The notes beneath the pieces were generated by a model. The model saw only the letters and a program-made list of their open reading frames with translations. It did no database searches and was not told the DNA's origin. A DNA stretch of 64,000 bases from Malacoraja senta (lineage: Eukaryota), in assembly GCA_038087875.1 (NCBI GenBank), contig CM076000.1, forward strand, positions 1,736,001 through 1,800,000, given 5' to 3'. The position numbers and the translations under genes are program-made. Positions 33,898 to 48,149 of this stretch are shown here, piece by piece. How positions within the stretch are numbered: the first letter of the stretch is position 1; the number at the start of each line of letters is the position of its first letter.

Positions 33898-36800
33898 CAA
33901 TCTACCTTCAGCTGATTGCTTTCTCAGGTTGACACTTCTCCACACTTTCCCTAACTTAACACCATCCATTCAAAAGTACCCACTTCCTTCAGCTCTTCAG
34001 TCAGGTTTGGATTACACCCAGATTTAACTCTCAATCCATGCTGCGTAAACAATGGTAAAATCCTTTTGTGCAGAAATTTGCTAAAGGTTAGCTTGGAAGT
34101 TTGGATAAATCTCATTTTAAGGATTCTTCAGTCCATTCGGAATGTCACTTGTTCAAAATGATAAAGGAAACTTTGATGGCAAGAACCTGAATCTTCCTTG
34201 AGAACCATTTACAAGGTTTTCATTATGCATGCAATCCACGTTTACTTGAGGGAGTTAATCGTTTTAATAAATATAGCACAATGCTTATTTCAATCAGAAT
34301 GCTGAAATCTGGAAAGATGGAGTAAACATAATAATTTATGACTAGTCATGAGTTAATAATATTGGAAAATTATTATACTTGTAGTGCATAACTTTCTTAC
34401 AGCTGTTAACTTTGGACATGGCAATTAATATAGAGAGATGGTGGCACAAGGGCTATGTTGTGTAGTGGTTGGAGTCATTCTAAAATGCCACAGAGGGAAA
34501 TTAAAAATGCGAACAGAGTCTAAAAAAAGCTTTAACATAAGTTAGTACAGGTGAAAATAACCTCAGATGCTGGATTATTGCAAAGATTTAATCAATTCAC
34601 TAAAATCCTTTGGGGGAAGAAACCTGCCGTTCTTGTACAGCTACTCCAATACTCTAATCTTAAATGCACGTGCCAGTCACTAAATAGTCCAAAATCCCTT
34701 GCTGCAGTCTATGTCCAATACCACATTCTTGGCACAAATTGGAACATGAAATAATCCTACCCTTGCCAAGAATGACCATATGAACTATGTGCACAGGCTG
34801 TATTTTGCACAGTAGCTCTGAAACCTAATGATCTCCTTTGATAGTCCCATACTAAACAAGATAAATTTACTGGTTAAATTTTGTTGGATCAAAACATTTG
34901 GCATTGCTGCCAAATATTTTGGTATTTAATAAAACGTTATCATGTATCACTCCATTTGTCTGTCTTGGACGGGTGCACGATAAGACTAGACTGTCTGTAA
35001 CAGACTGCCATTTCTTTTAAATTATGTTTTTTTCCCCTTTGGGGAATGTACGAGCAATCAGACACAATGTGTAAAAAATCCATGGAACTAACATTTTCAA
35101 ATATAAATTCCAAATCCTTAGTAAACAATTATGTATTATAAATTGTTGTATATTAGGGGTAAATGCAATTAGCAACCATTTTTTCTACAGATTGCAAGAA
35201 AATATTCTGGCAACGTTAAACTAAAAAATGTTGATATCATTAGAACTTTATCATGATTTTCATTTTCCCTGAAAAATAGCAGCATTGAACTTTGTTTTGA
35301 ACTGTTGTGAGAGACTCCAGTTGTAGTTAATTAAAGCTTCAGTTTATTTGATTTTAGCTTTTTTTTAAATTGGCTTATAAAGATCTACAAAATGGGGTTC
35401 TGTGGCTTTAAAATTCCTTTAAAATTCCTTCTGGCTTTGATCCTGTAAGGGATAGATTTATGTCTGCGCAGCCAAGGTGGGCTATGAAATCATCCCACTG
35501 TGAAAATTCTTGATGAAACACTTAAGTATATAAATGAAGCTGCCTTTTTTAATGTCTGCTTTAATGCCTTGCTTTGCTCCTCAACTACCAACTCTATTCA
35601 ACTAGCCAAAAGACTAACCCTGCCAGACCCTAATATATCATATTCATGGGACTCCATAATTCCAAACCCATTGAATTACACAATGCACCAGACGTGATCT
35701 GTACCTGAAGAATTTCAAGCTTAGGTTGTCATGGTTCTGTGATGTGTTTTACCGTTCACTATCTTACCCTTTAAAGAAATAAAATTAAAAAACACTACAA
35801 ATGGAACAAAAAAGCAAGTGGAAAAGAAATTCCAGTAACTTAATCTACTGTGAATTTTGCTGCCTTCTGTTTTTTTTTAAAACAGCTTAGGAGTAGTGCC
35901 ACTTCAATATCTAACCAGTTCCGCAGACTTCACTTCTGAGGCCAGCTTCATCTCTTAAATGGTTTTAATTGTGCTGCAAGTGTCTGAATGTCAAGGTAAT
36001 TGCCTGTAGCCTTGAAAGCATTGCTATCATTGATGATTCCACCTAGCTTTCCACCTGCACAGGGACAAACATTCCTCAGGAAAAACAGAACCGTTTAGTA
36101 CGGTTAGTACAATGTACAGTTAGTTGAGAAAGAAAGGTACAATGAAAATAAGGTAAAACTAGAACAATTTTGTTGTGTTAATTTGATTATTTCTGATAAT
36201 GCCCAATATATTTAGTTAAACAGTTTGAATCACACCATAGCTTCAAATTACAACTTGCCTCCAGTTACTAAAATGCAATTAACCCTTTGCCATTTAAAAA
36301 TGTTACACGTAGGTTCCCCAATTAAAAGTGGGAAAAAGTCCAAAATCAGCTCTGAGCTTAAAAACAAACCAAAGCAAAAGCAAAAAAAATGCCAGACTTT
36401 GTAGAAATGTCTGAATGTGATGTCAGTTAGGTTGACATGCTGAAGATTTCTGGATTGAAGATAAATGTCAGTTAAATTGGTCAGTAAAACAAATGAACGG
36501 ACCTTGTGAATATGTCAGTAGAGACTACTTAAACCTAATTCTCCCAAATGCCCTGAAGTTTAACTCTTGAAACTGATTCCACATATTCATTGCTGTTCTC
36601 ACAGTCAAGTACTTCAGTTAAGGTCAAGACTGGCTAATTTCAAGTCAAGGAATTGATATACCTATTATATTTTTCTTAACTTTCCATGTAGTTGGTACAT
36701 TTCTAGAAAAATTGGTTGACAGGACTGCAAAATAACCACTACAGCTGTTAGAGCTATTTGGAAAGGATTTAAAAGCATAATTTTGTCATTTGCCTTTATA

Positions 36801-37741
36801 GATTAATCCATGTAAAATTTACTTTAATAACATCCTGTGACACACAATTGATCATTTAATTGTGGCAAAACCATTATACATAACTGGAAACACTGTTTTT
36901 CTTTTTCTCTTTTGTTTCAGGATAATTCATTACAAATGGTGCAGACAGAAACCAAGTCTGAATACTTACTGGGAGGCTGAACATAATAGGCCTTCAACTT
37001 TAGTTTCAGCTCATGCACATAGGTAGGGATTGGCTGTGAAGGCTGTAGGGAGGTAGGGAGGTGTTGGCTGGAGAACCACATTCCTTTGGACAGCACCCTT
37101 GACACTATATCATCTTAAGCTTTACAGTTTATACTGACACATTCATTTACGCAGGAGACATAGAAATAGCTTTTGTGTTTCGTAACCCAGTATTGCTCGG
37201 AGATTTGTTGAGAACCTGCATGTGTGGTAAAAATCTGGTTTTTTTCGCATCGACAGAGTTGGAGCAAAAAATATACTTAGACTAGATGTAGTACATTTTT
37301 GAAGTCTGATGCCCATGCTTTGATAAAAGGAGGGTGGTATGAAGACCATACAATATGGCTGAACTAATTTGTTTGCTAATATGCTAATTTTCTTCCTGAA
37401 TCAGGATCATGCCAGGATTGATTTTTTCCCTGTAAGACCTGCATACAACCATTCCTGAAAAAACTGTATCAAAACTATATAACTGTACAAACAAGAAAAT
37501 GAATAGATTGATATAATGCATTTTTCACACAATGAGATTTAGAGATAATTTAATTATTTAAGTGTTTCAACTCTCTGACAATGGAAATTAATGATCACAT
37601 ATATGGAATCTCATTCTTTCAGGTACTCATCGATGCTTGAGATTTTTTATGTCAGTGTCCAAATTTTATTTTATTCCTATTTCTATTTGTGTTCGATACT
37701 GGAGTCAATCACTCTAATTTGTACAATTTGTACTTGCAATA

Positions 37742-38030
37742 CAGAAACAAAGATCTGCAGATGTTGGATTACAAAAAAAGACCCAAGCTCTGGAGTAACT
37801 CTGTGGGTCAGGTAGCATCTGTGGAGAACATAGATAGGTGACATTTTGGATCCAACCCATCTTCAGACTGATAGTGGGAGGGGAGAAAATACTGGGAGGG
37901 AGGAGGGTAGGACAAAGCCTGGCAGGTAATAGGTAGATACAGAGGAGAGGGGGTTTTGATAGGCAGATGGTTGGACAAAAGACAGAGGTGAAGAAAAAAA
38001 AGAGGTAAGACAAAAGGATTGATGAGTTGT
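37742..38030 (-). mobile_element. Penelope-like 3' fragment
   Basis: GATCTGCAGATGTTGG...GGAGTAACTC...CTTCAGACTGA plus purine-rich tract; further purine-rich sequence at ~39355-39465. Confidence 0.65.
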
Positions 38031-39355
38031 GATAAATGAGAGGTTATCCACTGTGGTGGCAAGAACAAGAAAGCAGATTATTATCTGAATGGTGTCAGAT
38101 TAGGAAAAGGGGAGGTGCAATGAGACTTGGGTGTCCTTGTACATCAGTCACTGAAAGTTAGCATGCAGGTAACCAATAGACAATAGGCAGTAGGTGCAGG
38201 AGTAGGCCAATCGGCCCTTCGAGCCAGCACCGCCATTCAATGTGATCATGGCTGATCATCCACAATCAGTACCCCGTTCCTGCCTTCTCCCCATATCCCC
38301 TGACTCAGCTATCTTCAAGAGATCTAACTCTCTCTTGAAAGCATCCAAAGAACCGTCCTCCACCGCCTTCTGAGGCAGAGAATTCCACAGACTCACAACT
38401 CTCTGTGTGAAAAAGTTTTTCCTCATCTCCGTTCTAAATGGCTTACCCCTTATTCTTAAACTGTGGCCCCTGGTTCTGGACTCCCAGGAATAAGATTCCC
38501 TCTCATCCTAAATTCCAGAGTAAACAAGCCCATCCGCTCCATTCTATCAACATATGACAGTCCCGCCATCCCGGGAATTAACCTGGTGAACCTACGCTAA
38601 ACTCCCTCAATAGCAAGAATGTCCTTCCTCAAATTTGGAGACCAAAACTGCACACAATGCTCCTGGTGTGGTCTCTCTAGGGCCCTGTACAACTGCAGAA
38701 GGACCTCTTTGCTCCTATACTCAACTCCTCTTGTTATGAAGGCCAACATGCCATTCTCTTTCTTCACTGTCTGCTGTACCTGCATGCTTACTTTCAATGA
38801 CTGATGAACAAGGACCTCCAAATCCCGTTGTACTTCCCCTTTTCCTAACTTGACACCATTCGGATAATAATCTGCCTTCCTGTTTTTGCCACCAAAGTGT
38901 ATAACCTCACATTTATCCAGGTACAACAGGCAGTGATTTGATAGGCTAGATGCAGGAAAAATGTTGCCGATGTTGGATGAGTCCAGAACCAGGGATCACA
39001 GTGTAAGAATAAGGGGTAGGCCATTTAGGACTGAGATGAGGAAAAACCTTTTCACCCAGAGTTGTGAATGTAGAATTCTCTGCCACAGAAAGCCGTGGAG
39101 GCCAATTCACTGGATGTTTTCCAGAGAGAGTTAGATATAGCTCTTATGGGTCATGGAATCAAGGGATATTGGAAGAATGCAGGAATTGGGTACTGATTTT
39201 GGATGATCAGCCATGATCATATTGAATGGCGGTGCTGGCTCGAAAGGCTGAATAATAATAATGATAATAATAGATTTTATTTATATAGCGCTTTTCAGGA
39301 CTCAAAGTCGCTTGTGGCCTACTCCTGCACCTATTTTCTGTTTCTATGTTTCTAT
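38031..39355 (+). mobile_element. CR1 3' fragment (internally deleted) hosting an inverted CR1
   Basis: Segments 38031-38171 and 38918-39355 are colinear with 19533-20343. Confidence 0.8.
38172..38917 (-). mobile_element. CR1 3' fragment, inverted, nested
   Basis: ORF 38597..38926 (-) DKCEVIHFGGKNRK...; CAGGTA duplicated at 38166-71 and 38918-23. Confidence 0.85.
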
Positions 39356-40359
39356 GAATTCTGAAGCTAGAGGAAAGGAATGTAGGTGGAAAGGGAAGGG
39401 GAGAAATAGGTGCAGGTGGGACCTAGGGGAGGGGGAAAGCAGAAAGAAATGGGGAGGGTGCCCTTACAATGCTTATTTAACATTTTTAATTTCATTGGTC
39501 ATTTCTCTGTTTAGTCAAGTCCAGAGGCTTTGTTTCCTCCTTCACTATACTCAGCATCAACATAGGCTGCTTGACTATCGCCAGGGCACAATGGACCCCA
39601 AAGCATGTTGCCACAAGATCTATACAACACTTGCCAGGAGGTGCAGCACAAGCCAAGACAACGATGTTTCACAATTGCGTGCATCCATTATTATCCAGTC
39701 TTAGCAGCAGGTTGTCATTGACAGCACACAACATTCTGGTGTGATTAGCCAAAGAACTGGAGCTCCCAGTCCTTGCTATTCCAGACACTGGCACACATTA
39801 TTTGACAAGTTTTCAAAATGCCCTTAATTAAGTGAACACAGTGTATCCAAGGCAGGTACCCTTTGTCAATAACATCCTAGTACCCCTAGTCAATTGCCTC
39901 CTAGTTTCCTATTGAAAAATACAGCCAGGGACCCCATTCCTTAACCTTAAAGCAAATAAAGTGAGGCGAGACAAATCATTAAGACTAAAATACAAAAAAG
40001 GAGTAACAACGGAAAAATTTGCATCTTGCATAATAAAGAATAATTAAACTGTAGCCGACAACTAAATTAATGCATTAATTGAATACAAAGTGATTTTAAG
40101 GATGTGAAAGTGCTGAATAAATGCAGCCTCTATCTTCAATAACTTACTGAGCAAAAGATCAATTTATTTAATGAAGAACATTTATACAGCATTTCTCATA
40201 ACCTCAGGACGTTCAAAAGTGCTTCACTGACAATTTATTTGGCAAGTTTCCATAATGAAAAATGAAATTAAGGATGCTTTTTTTCCCATATGGTGAATCA
40301 AATATAAATATTAGTCAAGACATTTAAGAGAACTATCCAGTTCTTTGTTGAAAGTGCAC

Positions 40360-40615
40360 CCATGGAGTCATACTGTGTGGTAACAGGCCCTTCGGCCCAA
40401 CTTGCCCAACATGTCCCATCTATACTAGTCCCACCTGCCTGCATTTGGCCCATATCCATCTAAACCTATCTTATCCATGAACCTGTCTAAATGTTTCTTA
40501 AAGTTGTGATGGTACCTGCCTCAATTACCCCCTCTGGCAGCTGGTTCCATACACCCACCACCGTTTGTGTAAAAAAAGTTCCTATTAAATCTTCCCCCCT
40601 CAGCTTAAACCTATA
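40360..40615 (-). mobile_element. CR1 3' fragment
   Basis: Reverse complement FFTQTVVGVWNQLP plus tail. Confidence 0.75.
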
Positions 40616-41087
40616 AGGATTATAAGGATCACCAGATATTTTGTACTTAGAAGCCAGGTTGGGTCTTGGACCCAAATTCCACCTTAAAGGTGACACTTCT
40701 GATTATGCTACTATGGTGTTTTCTAGAGTGCCCTCTAGATTATAAACACCTAGAATGGCAACTGATTCCACCAGTGATGCTGTGAAACACGGTGAGGTGG
40801 AGATGAACAGCATAGATTTGGTGACCTGCCACACGCAGATAGTACTGGTTCATATAAGGAAAAATTATGGATACATTATAGGGAAAGCAAGGCAAGGGAG
40901 GCAATTTAAGTGGATGGAGGCTATGCAAAGTAACAAACAGTTTGGTTGAATGGCCTATTACTTTTTATAAAATTCCATTTCTTTCTGAATTGATTAAATA
41001 ATGGATTAAATACTTCATTTTTCAAAACACTGGCATACAATTGATATCAGAATTGAGTTCAGAGGGAATGAGATTAATCAACATCAT

Positions 41088-41885
41088 CATAGAAACATAG
41101 AAAATAGGTGCAGGAGGAGGCCATTCGGCCCTTCGAGCCAGCACCGCCATTCATTGCGATCATGGCTGATCGTCCCCAATCAATAACCCGTGCCTGCCTT
41201 CTCCCCATATCCCTTGATTCCACTAGCCCCTAGAGCTCTATCTAACTCTCTCTTAAATCCATCCAATGATTTGGCCTCCACTGCCCTCTGTGGTAGGGAA
41301 TTCCACAAATTCACAACTCTCTGGGTGAAAAAGTTTTTTCTCACCTCAGTCTTAAATGTCCTCCCCTTTATTCAAAACTGTGGCCCCTGGTTCTGGACTC
41401 GCCCAACATTGGGAACATTTTTCCTGCATCTAGCTTGTCCAGTCCTTTTATAATTTTATATGTTTCTATAAGATATCCCCTCATCCTTCTAAACTCCAGT
41501 GAATACAAGCCTAGTCTTTTCAATCTTTCCTCATATGACAGTCCCGCCATCCCAGGGATCAATCTCGTGAACCTACGCTGCACTGCCTCAATAACAAGGA
41601 TGTCCTTCCTCAAATTAGGAGACCAAAACTGTACACAATACTCCAGATGTGGTCTTGCCAGAGCCCTATACAACTGCAGAAGAACCTCTCTACTCCTATA
41701 CTGAAATCCTCTTGTTATGAAGGCCAACATTCCATTAGCTTTCTTCACTGCCTGCTGTACCTGCACTCCAACTTTCAGTGACCGGTGTACAAGGACACCC
41801 AGGTCTCTCTGTACCTCCCCCTTACCTAACCCCATTGAGATAATAATCTGCCCCCTTGTTTTTGCCACCAAAGTGGATAACCTCA
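41088..41885 (-). mobile_element. CR1 3' fragment
   Basis: ORF 41368..41898 (-) is a CR1 ORF2 C-terminus; (TTTCTATG)n tail. Confidence 0.9.
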
Positions 41886-42147
41886 ATACAAAGATCAACT
41901 CTAATTTCCAGTTCTATTTAAAATTAAATAATTTTCCAAATGCAAGCTTAATTTATTAAAATAAAATTACCATTAGAAATTCTTTTTTTTCAACTTGCTG
42001 GTTGTCGTCAATGTCCAGCATACTGAAGGCAATTTGGAATCCAGTGCGAGGTTCTGGAAGCACAAGGAATATATTATCATTAACTGAGGGCAAGGTGCTT
42101 TTTGCCGCTCAGACTTCCACAGCCACACATTTCCGGAACACTTCTGG

Positions 42148-42302
42148 GTTAGTTTAGTTTAGTATATTGTCACGTGTACCCAGGTAGAGTGAAAAGCTTT
42201 TTGTTGAGTGCTAACCAGTCAGCGGAAAGACCAGACATGATTTTAATCGAGCCGTCCACAGTGTACAGATACTGGATTAAGGGAATAATGTTTAGTACAA
42301 GA
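42148..42302 (-). mobile_element. Rex1-type 3'UTR/tail fragment (relatives at ~43240-43460, 45670-45935, 53265-53335, 57190-57235)
   Basis: Matches the 3'UTR of the coding fragment at 49232-49720 (AAGCTTTTCACT..ACACGTGACAAT(AAACT)n on the - strand). Confidence 0.65.
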
Positions 42303-42607
42303 TACATTTCCAAGCTTCCACTGAAGGACGAGGCACTGGCCTGTGACATATAATCCCATTCATTTGGACAGGGCGGCTGCCTTTGATTGAAGTGGAAAAT
42401 GCATGGAAGCATTATTGTTTTAATATAATTAACCTTCATCCTTTTAGCCAATTTATGGCAAGTGAAGGCATTTTTTAAGCCTAATTCGTTCACCCGTTTT
42501 CAAATCTCTCTGATCACCATAGACATTTACATAGAGTGATCATTTTTCCATTACCTTAATAAAGGCAGTTACCAGATTTGGTGATCTCTTGAGCAAGCAC
42601 TTACAAT

Positions 42608-42940
42608 AAGCATGGAAACAGCCCTTCGGCCCACTCGAGTCCATGCTAGCCATCAACCATCCATTTACACTAATCCTACAGCAATTTGTCTTAATATGCA
42701 CCTCCCACTCTTATCAACACCCCCTCCCCCCCCCCCATCCACACATGGAGAAAATATATTGTGTTCAACCAACCATCAACCTGCACGTCACTGGGATATG
42801 GGCAGAAACCTGGGGACATACTGGAAATCCACAGGGTCACAGGGAAAACACGTAACCTTCACATAGACAGCATCCACGGTCAGGATTGAACCTGCGTCTC
42901 TGATGCTGTGATCAAGTAGCATGATGAGCTGCTACACTGC
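42608..42940 (-). mobile_element. HE1-like SINE (diverged)
   Basis: CATGGAAACAGCCCTTCGGCCC...GGTCAGGATTGAACC. Confidence 0.7.
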
Positions 42941-43839
42941 ACATTTTGATTGGGATTAAAAATTAGTTAACAATTGCTCTGGAAACTTGAAAAAAAACCA
43001 AATGATGCTTCATATATTAGTTTGAAGCTCGTGGTGATTTAGAGAATTCTGGCAGAGGTTAATTCGTCTGGCAAACTCAACACTTACTGCTGCAGAATCC
43101 AAACTGTTTCTGTAAAGAGCCATAAGAATTTTTGACAACATTCAAAAGATTCACATAACACTAGGAAACTGTGCACATAATTAATATTCCATCAAAGACG
43201 CTGTTTCACTGCTGCTTTCTTTAGTTTTAGTTCTCGGAAGTTACAGTGAAAAACTGCTTGTTGCGTGCTGTCCAGTCAGTGGAAAGACTATACATGATTA
43301 CAATCGGGCCGTCCACAGTGTACAGATTAAGGATAAAGAGAATACTATTTAGTATAAGGTAAAGTCCAGTAAAGTCCGATTAAAGATAGTCCAAGGGTCT
43401 CCAGTGAGGTAGATGGTAGCTCAGGACCGCTCTCTAGTTGTTGATAGGATGGTTGAGTCACCGGAAAAGAGGTTGGTACCATCTTCCTGTGTTGTGCTTT
43501 TCTATGTTCCATGTTCTATATTCAAATTTTCTTAGGTATCTAGTCAAATTGTTAATGTTTACCTTTTGTTTCTCTTACCATGATTTGTCGTAAAGTTTTG
43601 CGCAAGCAGGTTAAAATTTGGTATCGACAAGCTAATGTTAATATATGAAGAATTACACCGTAAATGCACTTACTCATTAGAATACCCAGCAAGAATAAGT
43701 ATTCAGTGTACGATATCAAACCTAAAAATAAACAAAATGGATGATCATTAATTTTTCTTGTACGATCCTATCATTGATTAATTGGTAACATCAAACAGCA
43801 GTTTTTGCAAACAATTAATTAACGTACTGAAGTCAACTA

Positions 43840-45374
43840 GCACCGCCCAGCAAGTAGACTGGATTGTAATGGAGAAAGAGGATTGCTCCTCTAGAAACAT
43901 TGGAGCGATCCTCCTCTCTCCAATGAAACTGAATAACATAAATTATAATAAGAACCCAATTATTCATAGTACAATCCGTATTTGGAAACAAATAAAACAA
44001 AATTTAAAATTAAGAAATTTATCACTTTTATTACCTATAGTCAATAATCCTTCGTTTAGTCCTTCTATTATAGATAAAGCTTATACACAATGGGATAGAC
44101 TAGGAATTAAAACGCTTGGTGACTTGTATGAAACTGGAAAATTACTTTCATTTCAACAATTACAAATAAAATATAAACTCGGAAATAATCAATATTTTAA
44201 ATATTTTCAAATATGCGACTATTTGAAAAAATATACAAAAGATCATTATAATAACCCAGTAGATGTATTGGACGAGGCAATGCAGATAAAAGCGGAATCA
44301 GCAAACTTAATATCATATTTGTATAATATTATTTTAAATGTACAAATACCACCTACGGAGGGTATCAGAAGAGACTGGGAACAAGTTAGCTATTAAAATT
44401 TCAAAGGAAAGTTGTAATGAATACTTATTAAACGTGCATAAATGCTCGATTAATGTAAGACACACTTTAATACAATTTAAAATTTTACATAGATTATATT
44501 ATTCGAAAACTAAAATTCATAAAATTTTCCCAAACGTATCATCTATTTGTGATAAATGTCAATCCCAAGAAGCTACTATAGCGCACTCATTCGTCTTCTG
44601 TACAAAAATTCAAAAATTTTGGAATGAAATTTTTGAAATCTTTACAAAGTTATTTAAAACAAGACTGATACCCAAAGCAGAATGGATTATCTTCGGAATA
44701 ACGGAAGATGATCCAGAACTAAATGTGTTTCAAAAGAAATTAATGGACTATGGGTTAATAACTGGAAAAAAGCTAATTCTAAAATTTTGGAAGAAGGCTC
44801 CAATACCAACTATAAATATGTGGATTTCAAATATGTTTGAAACATTACACCTAGAAGAGATAAGACTCCTCCTAGCAGGTAAACCAGATCACTTCCACCT
44901 GACGTGGTCTGCATTTATAGAATTATTACAAACATAGGGTGCAAAATTACTTTAAAAAAAAAAAAAAAAAAATTGAGGTCAGGTAAGGGGGGATGATAGT
45001 TGAAGAGTTGGTATGTCCTATTTACGTAATGCTTAAAAAAACATTTTTTTTCCTTTTTTTTTTTTTTCCTCTCTCTCTTTCTCTTTTTTTTCCTAGGGCC
45101 TATTTCTTAACTCTTTTTCTTTTGTTTTTAATTTCGCTCTTATAGGGTCTTCGTCCTTTTTTGTTGTTACATTTTCTACACTTTTCTACACTTTCACTTT
45201 TTCCTTCACTTTCTTCTTTCTTTCAATCTTTTCCTTTTCTAGTGTAAAAAAATAAATAAAGGGAGTACATTAATTGTAAGAAGATACAAATGACGAGTAT
45301 TAATGTATGTGGTTGTAATGTAATGTACTTCTAATAAATAAAAATAAAAAAAAAATAAAAAAAAATAAAAAAAA
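43840..45374 (+). mobile_element. 5'-truncated L1 (1.5 kb) with TSD
   Basis: 11-bp TSD GAAGTCAACTA (43829-39, 45375-85); ORF2 C-terminus in two frames with CCHC; polyA. Confidence 0.95.
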
Positions 45375-45962
45375 GAAGTCAACTAAGATTTTCAGGTAAA
45401 CACCTTTGGATATTACAACTACCACTGAACCATTTAATTGCAGGAGAGGCAAAATGTACAAATACACCACAAATGTTCACACCAGCAGCAAAGTATTCAT
45501 GTAGATGCAACACATTTGTCTGATGGAAACTCAACCCTTCCACAATTGTGCAATTTTCTATGTTTAGACAGAAATTGTGCTATTTCTGGATATGAAGAAA
45601 AATCACTAGGTCGTAATTTCCTTTGATGGGACTTCACTGTGAATCACAGATGGGATATTACACCTGGCAAAGTTAGGTTTATTATTATGTCGTGACCCAG
45701 GGTGCAGTGAAAAGCTTTGTTTTGCATGTTATTCAATCAAATCAAATAATGTGCTTTCCATAAATACAATCAAGTTAAACTCAAACACAAGAGGCAGAGC
45801 AAAGGGAAAGAAACAGTGCAGAATATAGTTCTTAGTATTACAGCACACCAGTCCCACAGATAAAGTCCAATGTCTGCAATGCGGTGGGGATAAATCGGAC
45901 AGTATCCTCGCTTATGGGATGTGGTTCAAAACCATTACTTTAATTAAATATCTGAAGAGATA

Positions 45963-46430
45963 CAGGTTCACCGCCGATTTTATGGCATCTTTGGTTCCAG
46001 AGCCTTTCTGGATTATGCATTTTGCTGGACCAACAGAGCGAGGAGTCCAAATGTACTGGAACACGCCTAGTTAGCTGAGGAACTGAGATATCAGCCCGCA
46101 AATTCAGCCTAGGAAGTTGGCTATGGGAATGGATCTGCTGCTCCGGCTGGGACATGGTTCCAGCTTCAGTTGCAGGGAGCAAATTTGACCCGCCAATTGG
46201 CCGCGGAAGTCAGCTATGGGAATGGATCTGCTGGCTCCGGCAATAGGAGGCAAATTCTACCCGTCAATTGGGCAGAAGTCCCAATGAGGTTGAGATCGGA
46301 CGCCTTATCCAGCCAAGGTGCCACACTTTCGGGGGACTTCTGCAGGGGAGTTCAAGTGCGCTCTCTTAATTTTCTGTGGATTAAAGGAGGTGCCGGACCA
46401 CTAGTTGCCCGAAAATCGGTGGTGGACCTC
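45963..46430. mobile_element. Tc1/mariner-superfamily MITE (degenerate)
   Basis: TA|CAGGTTCACCGCCGATTTTATGGCATC vs reverse complement of right end GAGGTCCACCACCGATTTTCGGGCAAC; internal repeat GCTATGGGAATGGATCTGCTG twice. Confidence 0.6.
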
Positions 46431-46647
46431 TTCCTCTAGCATTTTTGAGTTTTGTGTGTGATCTTAAGTATAGAGGAGAGATGACAAGCATTTCATCTGT
46501 CACCATCCATGCCACCTTTGATTTCTAACATTAAGAGCACCATGGCTGACTGGCTTTGCATCTTTCAGTGGGCTTGTACAGCTCAATTCTCCAAGTCTGG
46601 AACACAATGTAATATTGGATTTGGTTCACCAACAAGGGGGAGATTAT

Positions 46648-46864
46648 GTAGAGACAATGAACTACAGATGTTAGTTTATACCAAAGGTAGACACAAAGTG
46701 ATGGAGTAACTCAGCAGGTCAGGAGGCATCACTGGGGAAAAAGGATGGGTGACATTTCAGGTCTAAGTCTCAAGAAGGATCCTGACCTGAAACGTCACCC
46801 ATCCTTTTTCTCCAGAGATGCTGCCTAACTTGCTGAGTTATTCCAGCACATTGGGTCTGTCTAT
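46648..46864. mobile_element. Inverted pair of Penelope-like terminal fragments
   Basis: ~75-bp arms GGAGTAACTCAGCAGGTCAGG...GGATGGGTGACATTTCAGGTC / GACCTGAAACGTCACCCATCC...TGCTGAGTTATTCC. Confidence 0.75.
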
Positions 46865-47136
46865 GGGTGAAGGTTATGCTATGCATGATAACATTACAAT
46901 TTAAAAAAATAAGATTGTGAATGAAGGAAATCTCCCAACATTGGGAAATAAACTGTTTTTTTGCCCTGAGTATATTTAATATTGCTCAACAAATGCCTGG
47001 AATTTCTTCAATTTATAAATTTTAATGTCGATTTCTACTATATAGTTGGATTAAAGAGGATGTTGTTTGCAAGTAGGTGTAGCACAGTGATCCAGGGCTA
47101 AAATGTTATCACTTAATTACACAAAAGATCAACAAA

Positions 47137-47395
47137 CGGTGGCCCAGCGGTAGAGATGCTGCCTTACAGCGCCAGAGATCAGGTTCGATCATGACTACAG
47201 ACATTGTCTGTATGGAGTTTGTACGTTCTCCCTGTGCCCTGGGTGCTCAGGGTGCTCCTGTTTCCACCCACACTCCAAAGATGTGCAGGTTTGTAGGTTA
47301 ATTGGCTAGTGTAAGGGTGAAAATTGGTCAGCCTGGACTTGGTGGGCTGAAGGGCCAGTTTCCATGCTTTATCTCTAAAGTAGTCTAAACTAAAC
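47137..47395 (+). mobile_element. HE1-like SINE
   Basis: CGGTGGCCCAGCGGTAGAG..GGTTCGATC head; CTAAAGTAGTCTAAACTAAAC tail. Confidence 0.8.
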
Positions 47396-48149
47396 ATTAA
47401 TCATTTGTCCAAAATACAAGGTGCTGAAGGAACTCAGTGGGTCAGGCAGCATTTGTGAAGGGATATTCTAACAGTTTGCTTTTTGATAAGAATCCAGTAT
47501 GTTGTTTCTTGATGCTCCATTAACTTTGTGTATGTTTAACATTCTCTCTTTATCATCTATTGGTTCAGTAATATGCCTTAAACATACAATCATTCATTAT
47601 ATATAGTTTATATTGCATAATGAACCAGTCTGAGAGAAACTCATGTTTAAAGTCTCTCAACAGAATCACATTTTTCAGGAATTAATTTCAATCTGTAAAA
47701 TGTGCTGAACTGAGAGAAGTATGAATTTCTATCTCCATCGTTTACAGTTGGAGATCTGGATAAGGAGCAGCCTGAATTAAGGCTGTCCTTGTTAAAAGGT
47801 GTATGATAGGTCTAATTACCAACGGTATACAATCATTTAAAAGCAGTAAAGAATGGAGGTGGTGGAAATCTAAAATGAAAGCAAAGCGCTGGCAGCATTC
47901 CTGGAGAGAGAAACAGAATTAACATTTTGCTTCAATATCATCACAACTGGAAAGGTGACAAGACAAGTGTGTTTGAAGTTAGCTATAAGGAGAGTTTGGA
48001 CAACCCTGCATTGTTTTCTCTGAAATGTTGGAGACTGAGGGGTGCTTGATCGAAGTATATAAAATCATGAGAGGCAAAAATAGGGTAGACAGACAGAATT
48101 TGTTTTCTCAGATTGGAAGAGTCAAATAGGAGGAGGGGGGAGAGAGATC

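Noticed and set aside
35885..35995. Plus-strand exon-like segment with acceptor and GTAATT donor
   Set aside because: Stop codons in all three frames and a weak donor.
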